From Rhina ancylostomus (taxonomy: Eukaryota): a stretch of 64,000 nt of DNA. The stretch covers positions 12,771,711 to 12,835,710 of the forward strand of contig JARFYF010000051.1 of assembly GCA_030265395.1 (NCBI GenBank), in the 5' to 3' direction. The position numbers and the translations under genes are program-made. Below the pieces are notes generated by a model. That model ran no database searches and was not told the origin of the DNA. It saw only the letters and a program-made list of their open reading frames with translations. This document shows positions 62,965-64,000 of this stretch, piece by piece; position 1 is the first letter of the stretch; every line of letters begins with the position of its first letter.

Positions 62965-64000
62965 TATTTTGTGCCTTTACTGATGGCTACACAATAAACC
63001 TCCCTGAAATTATGGAAAACTACAAGTCTAGAGCGAATGAAGAGCTCAAGGAAATTACCTTTCGCAAAAAAATTTGGTATGGGAGAAGTTAACAGGACAG
63101 AAAAGCAATGAATCTTCAGGACCTGATGACCATCCCATGGTTTTGAAGGAGGTGGCTGTGGAGGTCATGGATTCACAGGTTGTCACTTTCCAAAATCTCA
63201 TTGATTCTGGAATGGTTCCCAGAGATTGGAAACCAGCAAATATAATCCCACTATTTAAGAAAGGGGAGAAGAAGGGAGTGAGAAAACAGAGCTGTAGACT
63301 ATTTTAAGAAAGGAGTGAAGGAGAGAGAGAGAGAAAACACAATTATAGAACAGTTAGCCTGATATCACAAGTAGAGAAAATGCTGGAATCTGTTTAAAAG
63401 TTCTGGTAATAGGGCACTTAGGAAATAATTATAGAATTGAGCAGAGTCAGCATGGATAAATGATTGAGAAATATTTTGGAATAATTTGAGATTTTAACTT
63501 GTGGAATAGATGAGGACAAATCAGTTTATATGGTGCATTTGGATTTCTGAAGGCCTCTGATAAGTTGTCACAAAACAGATTGTTAAGTTAGAGTGCATGG
63601 TATAGGGAGTAATATGCTGACATGTATTGAGGATTGATTAACAGACTAAAAAAAACAGAAATTAGGAATAAACAGTCATTTCTACGTAGGGAGGCTATGA
63701 CTAGTGGAGTGCCGCAGAGATTGGTGCTGAGGCCCCAGCTGTTTGCAGTCAATATCAGTGATTTGGAAGTGTGAAATCTATTGGTTTGATGAGGATACGA
63801 AGCTGGGTGGCTGTGTGGGCTGTAAAAAAGATGCTGAGCGGCTTTACGGAGACCTAGACAGATTAAATGAATGGGCTAGGAGATAGGAGATGGCAGATGG
63901 ATTTACGTCAGATAAATAGAAATGGTGAGAGTTTGAAAGGTGTTGGTGTTCAAAGATAGCTAGGTGTTTCTGTTCACAAATCACGTAATTACAGCAACAA
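62965..64000 (+). mobile_element. CR1 LINE ORF2 RT region, degenerate, runs off window
   Basis: KSNESSGPDDHPMVLKEVAVEVMDSQVVTFQNLIDSGMVPRDWKPANIIPLFKKG, NYRTVSLIS, SGVPQ, FDEDTKLGG. Confidence 0.92.

Larger units (their letters stand above)
25766..64000 (+). other. EXOC4: EXOC4 intron downstream of the exon (>38 kb; 3' end outside window)
   Basis: Starts GTATTG. The next expected exon (FIQEIEHALG...) is not seen in the called sequence, though it could in principle lie in a gap. Confidence 0.78.

Overview
Eukaryotic, AT-rich, repeat-laden vertebrate DNA, not a prokaryotic accessory region. The repeat content (CR1/HER1-type LINEs, V-SINEs, Deu-domain SINEs, Penelope-derived palindromes, Rex1/Babar LINEs) points to a cartilaginous fish, probably a ray (inference). 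The only host coding sequence I can support is one 97-bp + strand internal exon (25669-25765) encoding [31 protein letters not shown](R), which I recognise as part of EXOC4/Sec8 (exocyst component 4). The rest of the window is therefore two very large EXOC4 introns filled with retroelement fossils, ten N-gaps and several unique stretches that may be conserved non-coding elements. Almost all ORFs in the supplied track are chance ORFs, gap-spanning artefacts or LINE fragments. I found no convincing novel multi-gene system. The best leads are a candidate recursive-splice/poison exon, Penelope-derived hairpins with decayed hammerhead cores, an in-frame triplication at a CR1 5' junction and a cluster of four stem-loops. 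Repeat boundaries are eyeballed (about +/-20-50 bp) and family names come from recognition, not database searches.
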